NCBI GenBank assembly: GCA_963755715.1
Contig: CAVWLW010000063.1
Span: 1-64,000 of the forward strand
Source of the DNA: an uncultured delta proteobacterium
Lineage (GTDB): Bacteria > Desulfobacterota > Binatia > UBA9968
Direction: 5' to 3'
Length of the DNA stretch: 64,000 nt
Under the pieces are notes generated by a model. It did no database searches and had not been told where the DNA came from. It saw only the letters and a program-made list of their open reading frames with translations. Within the stretch, counting starts at the first letter, position 1, and each line of letters opens with the position of its first letter. The position numbers and the translations under genes are program-made. This document shows, piece by piece, positions 1 to 10,835 of the stretch.

Positions 1-849
1 GAGCGCCTCGGCTTTATCGGCTTGGGCAATATGGGCGGCGCCATCGCGCTGCGTCTTCTGCGCGCCGGTTATCCGCTGACGGTTCTCGATCTCGACGACG
101 AAAAGATGCAGGCGCTGAAAAAAAATGGCGCCTCTGTCGCGGCGACGCCGAAGGAAATTGCCGAGCGATCGACGATTGTCCTGGCGTCGCTCCAGCCGGG
201 CGATGTGGAGAAAGTTACCTGCGGCGAAAACGGCATCGCCGCAGCGAACAATGAAAAGTTGGTCTTCGTCGATCTCAGCAGCACGGCGCCGGAGTTGGCC
301 ATCAAAGTATCCGACTCCCTGCGCGCGCGTGGCATCGAGATGCTCGATGCGCCGCTGAGCGGCGCGGATATCGGCGCCACCAACGGCAACCTGACGATTT
401 TCGTCGGTGGCAGCTATGAGGCGTATCAACGTTGTCTGCCGGTGCTGCAACACGTCGGCCGCATGGTTACGTACTTGGGCAAGAACGGCAACGGGCAAAT
501 CGGCAAGCGGATCAATCAGGTGATGCAAGCTTTGTCAGAGCTGGCGATTTACGAAGGCCTGCTATTGGCAAAAAAATCCGGCCTCGACTTGAAGATGTTC
601 GCCCGCGCGGCGTCCGGCGGTTGCGCGCAGTCATGGCGCTTGGATGAGCTGGTCGACAACGTCTTTAATAAGGGCGACACGACTTACAAACTCGGCATGC
701 GTCCGGGCCGTACGGGCCACGCGCTCAAAATGGCCGAGAAGCTCGGACTCAATCTCGCGGGAGCGAAGACCGCCGATCAAATTTTCTCGCGCCAGGGTTG
801 GCAGGTGGAGATCGATTTTCAGAGAGACGACATTCCCGATCCCGTGTAG
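1..849 (+). CDS. NAD(P)-dependent oxidoreductase, 3-hydroxyisobutyrate/tartronate-semialdehyde reductase family (5' truncated by window edge)
   Basis: Frame from base 1 reads ERLGFIGLGNMG (Rossmann GxGxMG); DAPLSG motif; catalytic Lys region GQIGKRINQ. Confidence 0.9.
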   Translation, partial: ERLGFIGLGNMGGAIALRLLRAGYPLTVLDLDDEKMQALKKNGASVAATPKEIAERSTIVLASLQPGDVEKVTCGENGIAAANNEKLVFVDLSSTAPELAIKVSDSLRARGIEMLDAPLSGADIGATNGNLTIFVGGSYEAYQRCLPVLQHVGRMVTYLGKNGNGQIGKRINQVMQALSELAIYEGLLLAKKSGLDLKMFARAASGGCAQSWRLDELVDNVFNKGDTTYKLGMRPGRTGHALKMAEKLGLNLAGAKTADQIFSRQGWQVEIDFQRDDIPDPV

Positions 850-874
850 GCGAATTACCGATTCGTTTAAACAA

Positions 875-2023
875 ATGTTTTGCAGAGGAAATTTGATCGC
901 CGCGCTGCTGTTGTTCTCGACATTGGCGATCCCGATCCCGCTCGCTGCTGTTGCGGCAGAGGTTAAAGCGTCATGGCAGGAGGACTGGGACAAGACGGTC
1001 AAAGCGGCGGAGCAAGAAGGACACGTCGCTTTATATAGCCTTTCTGAAATCGGCGATGCCATCGCCAACACCGGTTTTCAGAAGAAATTCCCCAAGATTA
1101 AGATATCGGTCGTGGCGGCGCGCGGCGGTGAGCATGTGTCTCGCGTGATGGCCGAGCGCAGAGCGGGTAAATTTCTCGCGGACGTCGGCAACCTAGGCAA
1201 TACTTCGCCTTATACGCTCTATCAGAGCAAGGCTCTCGATCCCATCGCTTCGGCGTTTATTCTTCCCGAGGTCAAGGACGAGTCGAAGTGGTGGCAGGGA
1301 AAACAGCAGTTCATCGATCCCGAGGGAAAATTCATCCTTGTCTATGTCGGCGCGCCGCTTTTCCTAGTGGGCTACAACACCAAGCTCGTCGATTCCAGCG
1401 GATTCAAATCTTACTGGGACCTGCTCGATCCCAGGTGGAAGGGCAAGATCGTCGCCTTCGATCCCAAGGCGGGCGGCTTTGCCGCCACCCGTGATCGCTT
1501 TTTTTACCACAACCCGGAGCTAGGGCCGCTATTTCTGCGCCGGTTATTCAGCGAGATGGCGCTGACTCTTTACGCCCGGTTCCCGCAAGGTGAAGACTGG
1601 CTCGCTGCGGGCAAGTATTCCATTTGCCTGTGCCGCCACCAGTCGTTGAGCGAGGCGAAGACGCAAGGACTTCCCGTCGATCTGATCGAACCGTCGTCGT
1701 TTAAAGAAGGCGTCGGCGTCGAGACGCGCGCGAAGACTTTGGTGCTGATGAATCAAGCGCCGCATCCCAATGCCGCCAAAGTGTTTCTCAACTGGTTTCT
1801 GTCGCGCGAAGGGCAAAGCGATTTTCAGAAGACTTCGGCGAAGTATATCGATGCCGGCGCCGAGGGCTCGCTCAGAATGGATATTTCAAAGGACGATATC
1901 CCGCCGCGCAATCGGTTAAATCCCGGGGTGAAATACTTGCCGCAGTGGAACCCCGATTACTTTGACATGAAGCCGATTGCCAAGCTAATCAGTGAAGCGC
2001 AGAGTGAAGCGGGTCGAAAATGA
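875..2023 (+). CDS. ABC transporter extracellular solute-binding protein (AfuA/FbpA-like)
   Basis: Signal peptide from ATG 875; AERRAGK, SYWDLLDPRWKGKI and APHPNAAKVFLNWFLSREGQ motifs. Confidence 0.85.
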   Translation: MFCRGNLIAALLLFSTLAIPIPLAAVAAEVKASWQEDWDKTVKAAEQEGHVALYSLSEIGDAIANTGFQKKFPKIKISVVAARGGEHVSRVMAERRAGKFLADVGNLGNTSPYTLYQSKALDPIASAFILPEVKDESKWWQGKQQFIDPEGKFILVYVGAPLFLVGYNTKLVDSSGFKSYWDLLDPRWKGKIVAFDPKAGGFAATRDRFFYHNPELGPLFLRRLFSEMALTLYARFPQGEDWLAAGKYSICLCRHQSLSEAKTQGLPVDLIEPSSFKEGVGVETRAKTLVLMNQAPHPNAAKVFLNWFLSREGQSDFQKTSAKYIDAGAEGSLRMDISKDDIPPRNRLNPGVKYLPQWNPDYFDMKPIAKLISEAQSEAGRK

Positions 2024-2037
2024 GGACAGGACTTCTA

Positions 2038-2115
2038 ACCACGAAGGACACGAAGAGCACGAAGGTTAATAGTAAAAATATTCAGATCCTTCGTGTCCTT
2101 CGCGTTCTTCGTGGT
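2038..2115. repeat. Intergenic palindrome built of CACGAAG units
   Basis: ACCACGAAGGACACGAAGAGCACGAAGG ... CCTTCGTGTCCTTCGCGTTCTTCGTGGT inverted arms. Confidence 0.8.
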
Positions 2116-2162
2116 GAAAATGAATTTCTTCGATTGAATGAGATCGAATGGAGAAATGACTC

Positions 2163-3413
2163 ATGCTGAGCCGTGAAGAAAATGAACTGTTGACGAAAGT
2201 CGGGCGTGGCACGCCGATGGGCGAACTGCTGCGCCGCTACTGGTATCCAATCGCCGCATGCTCCGAATTAGTCGAGAAACCCACGAAGGCGGTCCGAGTG
2301 CTCGGCGAAGACTTGGTGCTCTATCGCGACAAACAGGGGCGGCCCGGGCTCATCGGCTCGCAGTGCGCGCACCGGCGCATGTCGTTGGTTTTGGGCATTC
2401 CCGAAAAAGACGGCTTGCGCTGTCCGTACCATGGCTGGCTGTATGACCGAAACGGAAAATGTCTCGAGCAACCCTATGAGCAGGCCGAAGACCCCGACAG
2501 CACGTTTAAAGATCGCATCCACATGCCGGCATATCCGGTAGAAGAACTTGGCGGGCTGATTTTCGCTTACCTCGGTCCACAGCCCGCGCCGCTGTTGCCG
2601 CGCTGGGAATTGTTCGTGCGCGACGGCGTGCTGCGCGATATCGGCGCGGCAGTGATCCCTTGCAATTGGCTGCAGATCATGGAGAACTCCCTCGACCCGG
2701 TGCACGTCGAATGGCTGCATCAGCATTTTTTTAATTACGTGCAAGAACGGCTCGGGCGCACTGAATTCAAGGGAAATCCGGTGCGCCATAAGAAGATCAA
2801 CTTCAGAGAGTTCGAGCATGGCATCATCAAGACGCGGATGCTCGAGGGCGAGACCGAAGACAATGAAGACTGGCAAGTGGGGCATCCGGTGCTGTTTCCC
2901 AATATTCTTTTGAGCGGCAGCACGAGCCGGCCGACTTTTCAAATCCGCGTGCCGCTCGACGACACGCACACGCTGCACCTCTGGTACACCTGTTATCCGC
3001 GCGGCGACCACGAAGGGCCGCAGGAGGTGATTCCGTTCTACAACGTGCCGGTGCCGGGTGTCGACGCCACCGGCGAACCGCAGTGGGCTCTGCTCGACAA
3101 CAACAGCGGCGAAGACATGATCGCGTGGATTACCCAGGGTGGAGTGGCGGACCGGACGCAAGAAGCGCTGGGACTTTCCGACAAAGGCGTTATTCTTTAT
3201 CGTCGCCAACTCAAGGAACAGCTGGAAAAAGTTCAGGCCGGACAAGACCCGATCAACGTTTTTCGCGATCCGGCAAACAATGTGAATATCAAGCTCCGTC
3301 TTGAAGATAGCAAACTCAATAGCGGCAGTTTTCGCTCCGGCCCGCGCCGTCAGGGTGGCGCGACGAAGTACAGCCCGATCTTAAATAAAGAAGAAGAGAG
3401 AGCCGGAAAGTAA
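2163..3413 (+). CDS. Rieske non-heme iron oxygenase alpha subunit (phthalate 4,5-dioxygenase/LigX-like)
   Basis: Rieske CAH...CPYHGW; mononuclear Fe motif ENSLDPVHVEWLH; N-terminal GTPMGELLRRYW. Confidence 0.92.
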   Translation: MLSREENELLTKVGRGTPMGELLRRYWYPIAACSELVEKPTKAVRVLGEDLVLYRDKQGRPGLIGSQCAHRRMSLVLGIPEKDGLRCPYHGWLYDRNGKCLEQPYEQAEDPDSTFKDRIHMPAYPVEELGGLIFAYLGPQPAPLLPRWELFVRDGVLRDIGAAVIPCNWLQIMENSLDPVHVEWLHQHFFNYVQERLGRTEFKGNPVRHKKINFREFEHGIIKTRMLEGETEDNEDWQVGHPVLFPNILLSGSTSRPTFQIRVPLDDTHTLHLWYTCYPRGDHEGPQEVIPFYNVPVPGVDATGEPQWALLDNNSGEDMIAWITQGGVADRTQEALGLSDKGVILYRRQLKEQLEKVQAGQDPINVFRDPANNVNIKLRLEDSKLNSGSFRSGPRRQGGATKYSPILNKEEERAGK

Positions 3414-3421
3414 AATGGAAA

Positions 3422-3500
3422 AAGTTCCAAACGTCCAAGCATTTCAACCCTCTCCTTGAAAGAGGTGGGCGGCCTGAGCGATTGGAACGGCTGGAACGGA
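3422..3500. repeat. Degenerate GTTCAA/TTGAAC-unit palindromic intergenic repeat
   Basis: GTTCCAAACGTCCAAG...GATTGGAACGGCTGGAACGG; similar units at ~7055-7120 and ~23245. Confidence 0.5.
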
Positions 3501-3508
3501 AGTTATTA

Positions 3509-3967
3509 ATGTCTGTGACTTCGATTAGAATTGGGCTCGCCGGTCTCGGCACCGCAGGCAGATCATTACCGCAAGCGGTAGCGAAAACGACAGGATTTTC
3601 CTTTGTCGCTGGCGCGGATCTAAGAGAAGCGGCGCGCGAACAATACCGCGCCGAGTTTGGCATTCAGACCTTCGACAGCGTCGCGGCAATGTGCGAGCTC
3701 AAAGAGCTCGACGGCGTCTACGTTGCGACGCCCAATCCGTTTCATGCCGAACATGCCATCACCGCGCTAGAGCGCGGCAAGCATGTGATGGTCGAGAAGC
3801 CCATGGCTTTGACGCTGGAAGATTGCGACCGGATGATTGCAGCGGCAGAGAAAAGTCGCGTCAAGCTCATGGTTGCGCATACGCGCAGTTTTAATCCGCC
3901 GATTCGCCAGATGCGCGAGATTATCAGCAGCGATAAGCTTGGGCGTGTAACCCAAGTTCATACGTGA
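3509..3967 (+). pseudogene. Truncated Gfo/Idh/MocA oxidoreductase (N-terminal NAD-binding domain only)
   Basis: IGLAGLG, VATPNPFH and EKPMA motifs; stops after GRVTQVHT with no recognisable continuation before the next gene. Confidence 0.75.
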
Positions 3968-4050
3968 GAGCATTTTTTGTTTGCTGCATCACTCTTGAAC
4001 TTGCTCAAACTACGCGCTAAAAACGCGCTTGCTTATAGAGGGTCTACCCT

Positions 4051-5790
4051 ATGGCGAAAACCGAGACACTGAGCCCGGCAACCGTTAGCCGCTCCTGGCT
4101 TCCGCGCCTGGACGGCGGCACGGCCCTCATGGCGGTGCTGATCGGCGTGATGGGATTTATTGTCGTTTACCCTCTGGTGTTGATCCTGATCAACAGCTTT
4201 AACACCGCCACTATCGCCGAGCCGCCGATGTATGGATTGAAGGCTTGGCGTGAAGCCTTCAGCGAATACGGCATCTGGCGCTCGTTATGGAACAGCGTGA
4301 AAATCGGCATTGTGCTTCAAGTGCTCGCCTTGCCGCTCGGGGATTTTTATTTCGTGGTTGCTTGCCCGCACCAACATTCTTTTCGCCAACGTCTTTGAAT
4401 TCGGCTTTTGGATCTCGTTTTTCCTGCCTAGCTTGGCTACCACGTTCGGCTGGATGCTGATGCTCGATCCGAGCACGGGCCTGATCAACTCTTGGCTGCG
4501 CCAGATACCTTTTTTGAGCGGGCTCAATTTCGACATCTATTCATTCTCGGGGATTATTTGGGTGCATCTGGTTTCCACCGGCTTGTCCACCAAAGTGATG
4601 CTCATGACGCCGGCCTTTCGTCGCATGGATGCGTCTATGGAAGAGGCGAGCCGGATGTCCGGCGCGAGCGCGTTTACGACCCTATGGCGGATCACGGTGC
4701 CGGCCATGACGCCGGTGATCGTCGTTGTTTTCTTGCTCAGCGTGATCCGCATCTTCAGTAGCTTCGAAATCGAGCTTTTGCTCGGCGTGCCATGGAGCTT
4801 TTATGTGTATTCGACGAAGATCGTCGATCTGGCGCAGGCAGGAGCCGCCGTTGGTGAACCAAGCGGCTGCGTTGGGCAGCATTATTCTGGTCTTTCTCGC
4901 GGCCTTTATTCCTCTACAACGCAAATTGATTACGCGCCGGCAATTCACCACGGTGACCGGTCAATTCAAACCCAAAATCATCGACCTCGGCGCATGGCGT
5001 TATCCCGCGACGGCCTTGGTCGCGCTGGTCATCTTTCATCCTCGACGTGGTGCCGCTTTTGAGCGTCTTAGGCGGTAGCTTCATGACGCGCTTCGGCTTT
5101 TTCAACTTGCCGAAAACATGGACGCTGGAATACTGGAAAATGGCGCTCAATGATCCGCGCATTCTCCAAGGGTTGCACAACACGCTGATCGTCGCGGTCA
5201 GCGCCGGACTCGTGGGCGCAGTACTGTTCTCTTTGATCGGTTACGTTCTGGTGCGGACGAAGCTTCCGGGCCGCGCGGTGCTCGATTCGATCTGCTGGCT
5301 GCCGTCAGCGATCCCCGGCGTGTTGTCCGGGCTCGGCTTATTATGGATGTTTCTCGGCACGCCGGTGTTTCGCCCGTTCTACGGTACGCTCGTTCTTCTC
5401 ATGGTCGCGCAAATGCTCGGCGGCATCACGCTGTCGACGCAGATCCTAAAGGCGAATTTTATTCAGCTCGGCAAAGAACTGGAGGAATCGTCGCGCATGT
5501 CGGGTGCGGGTTTTTGGCGCACCTATCTGCGTATCGTGTTTCCGCTGATGGCGCAGACGATGGTCATGGTGGGCGTCATTAAATTCATGTTCGCCGCGCA
5601 GCATAATTCGGCGATCATTCTCCTGGCGACTTCGGAGACGAGGACTTTGTCGCTGCTGGCCCTGGACCAAGTGGCGGCGGGATACCGCGAAGTCGCGAGC
5701 ATTACCATCATCATGGTTACGGTACTCACGCTCGGATTGGCCATCGTTGCGAGGTCATTCGGCCTCAAGGTCGGCATCCGGGCGGAGTGA
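4051..5790 (+). CDS. ABC transporter permease, double-domain FbpB type (several frameshifts)
   Basis: Pieces 4051-4398, 4310-5062, 4803-5078, 5047-5790; two EAA motifs (MEEASRMSGA, LEESSRMSGA); many TM segments. Confidence 0.85.
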
Positions 5791-5929
5791 CTATGGGTCG
5801 AAGAAAGACGAATTGAAAGATTGGCCCGGACAGCCAATGGAAGTGATCATGAGCGATGGGAAGGATCGCGATCCTCGATCCTCATTCGTAATTGAGTCTC
5901 TTGTCAGCCGGCAGGCAAGGATCGAACAC

Positions 5930-7048
5930 GTGAGTTTTCTACGCATTCAAAATCTCTACAAAACCTTCGACCGGGTGGTTGCGGTCAATCGCATCAATCT
6001 CGAGATCAAAGAAGGCGAGTTCTTTACCCTGCTCGGCTCCAGCGGTTGCGGCAAAACGACGACGTTGCGCATGGTCGGCGGACTGGAAAAACCCGACGGC
6101 GGGGCGATCTATCTTGCCGACCGCTGCTTGGTTTCCGACGAGCAAAAACTCTTCGTCAAGCCGGAAAAGCGCACATGGGCATGGTGTTTCAATCCTATGC
6201 TCTGTGGCCGCATATGACGGTTTTCGAGAATGTCTCATATCCGCTGAAGCTGCGCGGCATCAGAGGCGCCCAGGCGGAGAAGAAAGTTGCTGAAGTATTG
6301 GCTCTCGTCGGCCTTGCCGGGTTAGAAGAGCGACAGGCTCCAGCGCTCAGCGGCGGTCAGCAACAGCGCGTTGCGCTCGCCCGTGCCTTGGTCTTTTCGC
6401 CGAAAGTCTTGTTGCTCGATGAACCGCTTGAGCAATCTCGACGCGCAACTACGCGAAGAAATGCGGCGCGAGCTTAAAGTCGTTGCAGCAGCGCGTCCAT
6501 ATCACGGTCATCTTCGTGACCCATGATCAAATCGAAGCGCTCAGTTTGTCGGATCGCATTGCCATCATGAAATTCGGCGTGCTCGAACAAGTCGGTACGC
6601 CGGAAGAGGTTTACTTTAAACCCGCGACGCCGTTCGTGCGCGATTTTTTGGGCAAGACTTTTCTTTTGCCTGGCAAAGTCGGAGCTGTTTCCGAGCAGAT
6701 CAGGTTCAAGTGGAAGTGCGCGGCGTCGGCGCTTCGGTGCTGACGCTGCAGCGCATCAACGTGATTGCGCCGTCCAACGGGTTTCCGACCGTGGGCCAAT
6801 CAGCCATGGTTGCGATCCGGCCTGAGAAAATCGCCCTATCGAACAACGGTGGTGCCGGCCAGGGCAACGTCGTCGAAGGAACATTGCAATCGGTGCAATT
6901 TCTCGGCGATCGTTACGAGTACACCGTGACGCTGGGCGAAGAAACTCGCGTTATCGTTTCGCCGGAGGCTCAGCAACTTAAGCCGGGCGGCAAAGTCTTT
7001 CTTGAGCTCAAGTCTGAGGGCATGACGCTATGGCCGAGAGCAGAATGA
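5930..7048 (+). CDS. ABC transporter ATP-binding protein, PotA/FbpC type with TOBE domain (frameshifted)
   Basis: Walker A GSSGCGKT, signature LSGGQQQRV, Walker B LLLDEP, VTHDQ, spread across frames. Confidence 0.88.
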
Positions 7049-7054
7049 TTCGAG

Positions 7055-7121
7055 CCGTTCGACGTTCAAGAAGTTCAAACGTTCAATCGTATATGGAACA
7101 ACTGAAACGTCTGAATCGTTC
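7055..7121. repeat. GTTCAA-unit short palindromic repeat
   Basis: CGTTCGACGTTCAAGAAGTTCAAACGTTCAATCG...GGAACAACTGAAACGTCTGAATCG. Confidence 0.55.
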
Positions 7122-7143
7122 TCGGCTAGAAAGCGTAACGTTG

Positions 7144-8290
7144 ATGGTATCAGCCACGACGTTCTCCCGCCTCGTAGTTCTTGCCTTCGTTTTTATTTTC
7201 GTCGATTTACCTGCCCCTTCAACAACGCTCGCCGCGGAAGCGAAGGCAAGTGGCGAAGCGGAGTGGACCCAAACCATCGCCGCGGCTAAAAAAGAAGGCA
7301 AAGTCGGTGTTTTTCTCTATCAGCGGGAAAATATCGAAGCGGCGGTCAAGGTCTTCGAGAAAAAGTTTCCCGACATTCAAGTCGTCACCGCGAGCACGTC
7401 CGCGGCGGAGACCGGACCGCGCCTGATGGCGGAACGGCGCGCCGGGAAATTTCTCTGGGATGTCTGTCTCTGCGGACCGACGACGCCGTTTACGGTGCTC
7501 TACCCGGCGAAAGCTCTGGATCCGATCAAGCCGGCGTTGCTGCTGCCGGAGGTGACGGACGTGACGAAATGGTGGGAAGGCAAGCATCAATATATGGATC
7601 CGGAGGGGAGTCACATTTTCGTTTTCATCGGCAGCGTCGATATGCCGAATCTCTTCTACAACAAGAACCTGGTCGACCCCAATGAATTCAAGTCCTACTG
7701 GGATGTCATCAAAGCAAAGTGGCGCGGCAAAATCGTCGCCGTCGACCCGCGCCAGCCCGGCCGGCCGCGCGTCGGCACGCGCATTCTGTACAATCTTCCC
7801 GACCTCGGCGAAAAATTTTTAACCCGCCTGTTCTGTGGAGATGGATGTGGCCTTGAGCCGCGACGACCGCCAAGCGCTGGATTGGCTCGCGGTGGGAAAA
7901 TATGCGCTCTGTTTATTTTGCGGCAATATCGAAGCGGCGCGGGCGCAAGGTTTACCCGTCGAAGAGTTTGAAACTTACCGCTGGAAAGAAACCCCGGCGA
8001 TCTCCTCCGGCAGCAACGGTTCGATCGCGCTGATGAATCAGGCGCCGCATCCCAATGCCGCGCGGCTGTTCGTTAATTGGCTGTTATCGCGGGAAGGCCA
8101 GCTTTCGTTTCAAAAGGTCATGAATTCCGCCGACCTGTTGGTGGAATCGATGCGCGTCGACATCGCCAAAGATGCCATTCCCGCGCCGCAGCGGCGAGTC
8201 GCAGGAATGAAATACATCATCATGGATACGCCGGAGCGAAGCAATCAAGAGCCGGTGAACAAGCTTTTAAAAGAGATTATCAAGAAATAG
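7144..8290 (+). CDS. AfuA/FbpA-like solute-binding protein (frameshift ~7835)
   Basis: Signal peptide; AERRAGK; APHPNAARLFVNWLLSREGQ; paralog of 875-2023. Confidence 0.85.
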
Positions 8291-8393
8291 CAGCAAACGG
8301 AGTCGCATAAGATTTGTATCAACGCGGCAAGCGGCATCGCCTCCTTTCGTCATTCGGCGGACACGTCTGTGAAAATAAGTCAGAAGAAGCAAG

Positions 8394-9497
8394 ATGCTGG
8401 TTTTTTGCTACGCCATAACGTTCTTGTTCCTGGCATTTGATCAAACCGTTCATGCGGCAGCCGCATGGGAAGCGGAGTGGGAGCGCACGGTCAAAGCTGC
8501 TGAGCAAGAAGGCGAACTTTCCTATTACACGGTCGGCGAGTTTAACTTTTTGAGCGAGTTCGAAAAGAAATTCCCGCGCGTCAAAGTCAAAGTCGTGCAG
8601 GGCAGGGGCAACGAACTGCTCGTGCGTATCATGACGGAACGGCGCGCAGGAAAATATCTCGCCGACGTCGCGCGCATCGGCAACACATCGCCGTATTCAC
8701 TGCATCAAGCTAAAACATTGCAGCCCATCGCCGCCGCGTTCATTTTGCCCGAAGTCAAAGACGAGTCGAAATGGTGGTCGGGCAAGCATCAATACATCGA
8801 CACGGAGGGCAAATATATCTTCGTTCCCGTGGGCAGCGTCTCGGTAAATATGGTCGCGCACAATAGCGAACTGGTGTCGCCGGGGGAATTGAGTTCCTAC
8901 TGGGATCTCCTGAACGAAAAATGGCGCGCGAAAATCGTCGTCATCGATCCGCGCTTCGCCGGATACGGCCGCAGCGGCGCGCGCACGGTTTATTACCATC
9001 CGCAATTGGGCGCGGAGTTTTTGCGCCGGCTCTTTACCGAACAGGTCGTCATGATCTCGCGGGATTATCGTCAAGCCATCGACTGGGTGGCGCAGCGACG
9101 TTTCTCGATACTGCTGTTTGGCAACGGCGACGATATCTTGCAGGCGAAAGCGCAAGGTTTGCCGATCAATGTCTTCGATACCGGAACATGGAAAGAAGGC
9201 GGCGCATTGGAGCCGGGCGCCTTCACCTTGGTTTGGCTCGACAAGTCGCCGCACCCCAATGCTTCGAGAGTTTTTATCAATTGGCTGCTTTCGCGCGAAG
9301 GACAGATGGCGGTTCAGCGCGACGGCCAGGTCAATGACTCGCTGCGCGTGGATATTTCCAAGAGCGATTTGCGCCCGATGGCCCGACGCAAAGAAGGAGC
9401 GAAATATATGGTGACATGGAAGGCGGAATGGATGGACGCCGAGCCCATGCAAAAAGTAGTGAGCCAGGCGCTGGCAAAGAGTGCCAAGAAGCCATAA
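8394..9497 (+). CDS. AfuA/FbpA-like solute-binding protein
   Basis: Signal peptide; shares GNTSPY and FILPEVKDESKWW with 875-2023. Confidence 0.88.
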   Translation: MLVFCYAITFLFLAFDQTVHAAAAWEAEWERTVKAAEQEGELSYYTVGEFNFLSEFEKKFPRVKVKVVQGRGNELLVRIMTERRAGKYLADVARIGNTSPYSLHQAKTLQPIAAAFILPEVKDESKWWSGKHQYIDTEGKYIFVPVGSVSVNMVAHNSELVSPGELSSYWDLLNEKWRAKIVVIDPRFAGYGRSGARTVYYHPQLGAEFLRRLFTEQVVMISRDYRQAIDWVAQRRFSILLFGNGDDILQAKAQGLPINVFDTGTWKEGGALEPGAFTLVWLDKSPHPNASRVFINWLLSREGQMAVQRDGQVNDSLRVDISKSDLRPMARRKEGAKYMVTWKAEWMDAEPMQKVVSQALAKSAKKP

Positions 9498-9535
9498 ATT
9501 GTCGTCACAGGCGATAACGAAAACGGGAGTAGAGC

Positions 9536-10775
9536 ATGATCAGCAAAGAAGAGAACGAACGCCTCACCCAGGTCAAAGCGGGCACACCGGTGGGAGATCT
9601 GTTGCGCCGTTATTGGTATCCGATAGCGGCGGTTTCGGAACTGGCGCGTCATCCGACCAAGTTCGTCAAGGTTCTCGGCGAAGAATTGGTGTTATTTAAA
9701 GACACGCAAGGAAGGCTGGGTCTGATCGACGCCCACTGCCCGCATCGCCGGGCGAATTTGGCTTACGGCATGGCCGAAGAAGATGGTTTGCGCTGCGCCT
9801 ATCACGGCTGGAAGTTCGATCGAACCGGGCGCTGCTTGGAGCAGCCATTCGAAGAAACCGTCAAGCCCGGCGGCTTCAAAGACAAAATTCAACTGGCGAA
9901 CTATGCCGTCGAAGAATTGGGCGGCATGATCTTCGCCTATCTCGGGCCCAAACCGGCGCCGCTCGTGCCGCGCTGGGATTTGCTCGTCGAAGACAATTTC
10001 TGGCGCGAAGTTGGTTACACGATGACTGCTGCCAACTGGCTACAGACCGTCGAGAATATTATGGATCCCGTGCACGTCGAATGGTTGCACGGCGTGTTCC
10101 GCAATTACGCCGCCGAGCGGACTGGAAACGCCGACTTGAAACGCAAACGCGTGCGCCACCAGAAGATCGGTTTCGATTTGGCCGAGTACGGCATTATCAA
10201 ACGGCGCATTCTGGAAGGCGAGAGCGAAGAATCCGACGATTGGAAGGTCGGTCACTGGCTGGTTTTTCCGACGATTCAAAAAGGCCCCGATATGCTGCGC
10301 TTCCGCGTGCCGGTGGACGAGACGCACACGGCGCAATGGTATTACTCGATCCATCCATTCGGCGAAGGCGAGAGGCAGACGGCGGAAGAAATGCCGCTGT
10401 ATCACATGCCGTCGCCCGAGCTCGACCGCCACGGACAGCCGCAGTTTCAATTCCTACAATAACGACGTCGATCCGCAGGACAACGCCATCTTTATTTCCC
10501 AGGGCGCGGTTTACGACCGCACGAAAGAGCTGCTCGGCGAGTCCGATCACGGCATCGTGCTTTACCGCCACTTGCTCGACAACCAGATCAAACTCATCGC
10601 AGCGGGCAAAGATCCGATGAATACCTTTCGCGATCCGGCGAAAAATATCCGCATCGACTTGCCGACGGAGAGCAGAGATAAATTTCTGACGGGCCGGATG
10701 GGCGCGCAAGGAATGCGGCGGCGCTATTCGCAGCGCTTTAAGCCGTTAGCCGATGCCAACAAGCCGTTGCCGTAA
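9536..10775 (+). CDS. Rieske non-heme iron oxygenase alpha subunit (frameshift ~10460)
   Basis: CPH...CAYHGW; ENIMDPVHVEWLH; C-terminus continues in the frame of ORF 10557-10775. Confidence 0.9.
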
Positions 10776-10835
10776 TTTTTCCCGTTTTACTGCGCTGAAT
10801 CCTCGGTAAATTTCAAAGCCGCGCCGGCGCTTCGC

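Noticed and set aside
2038-7121. Short periodic repeats as CRISPR arrays
   Set aside because: Units are 6-9 nt in inverted arms with no unique spacers, and no cas genes are present
4051-8290. Programmed frameshifting in the ABC operon
   Set aside because: Too many shifts, no consistent slippery motif, and the same pattern occurs across unrelated genes
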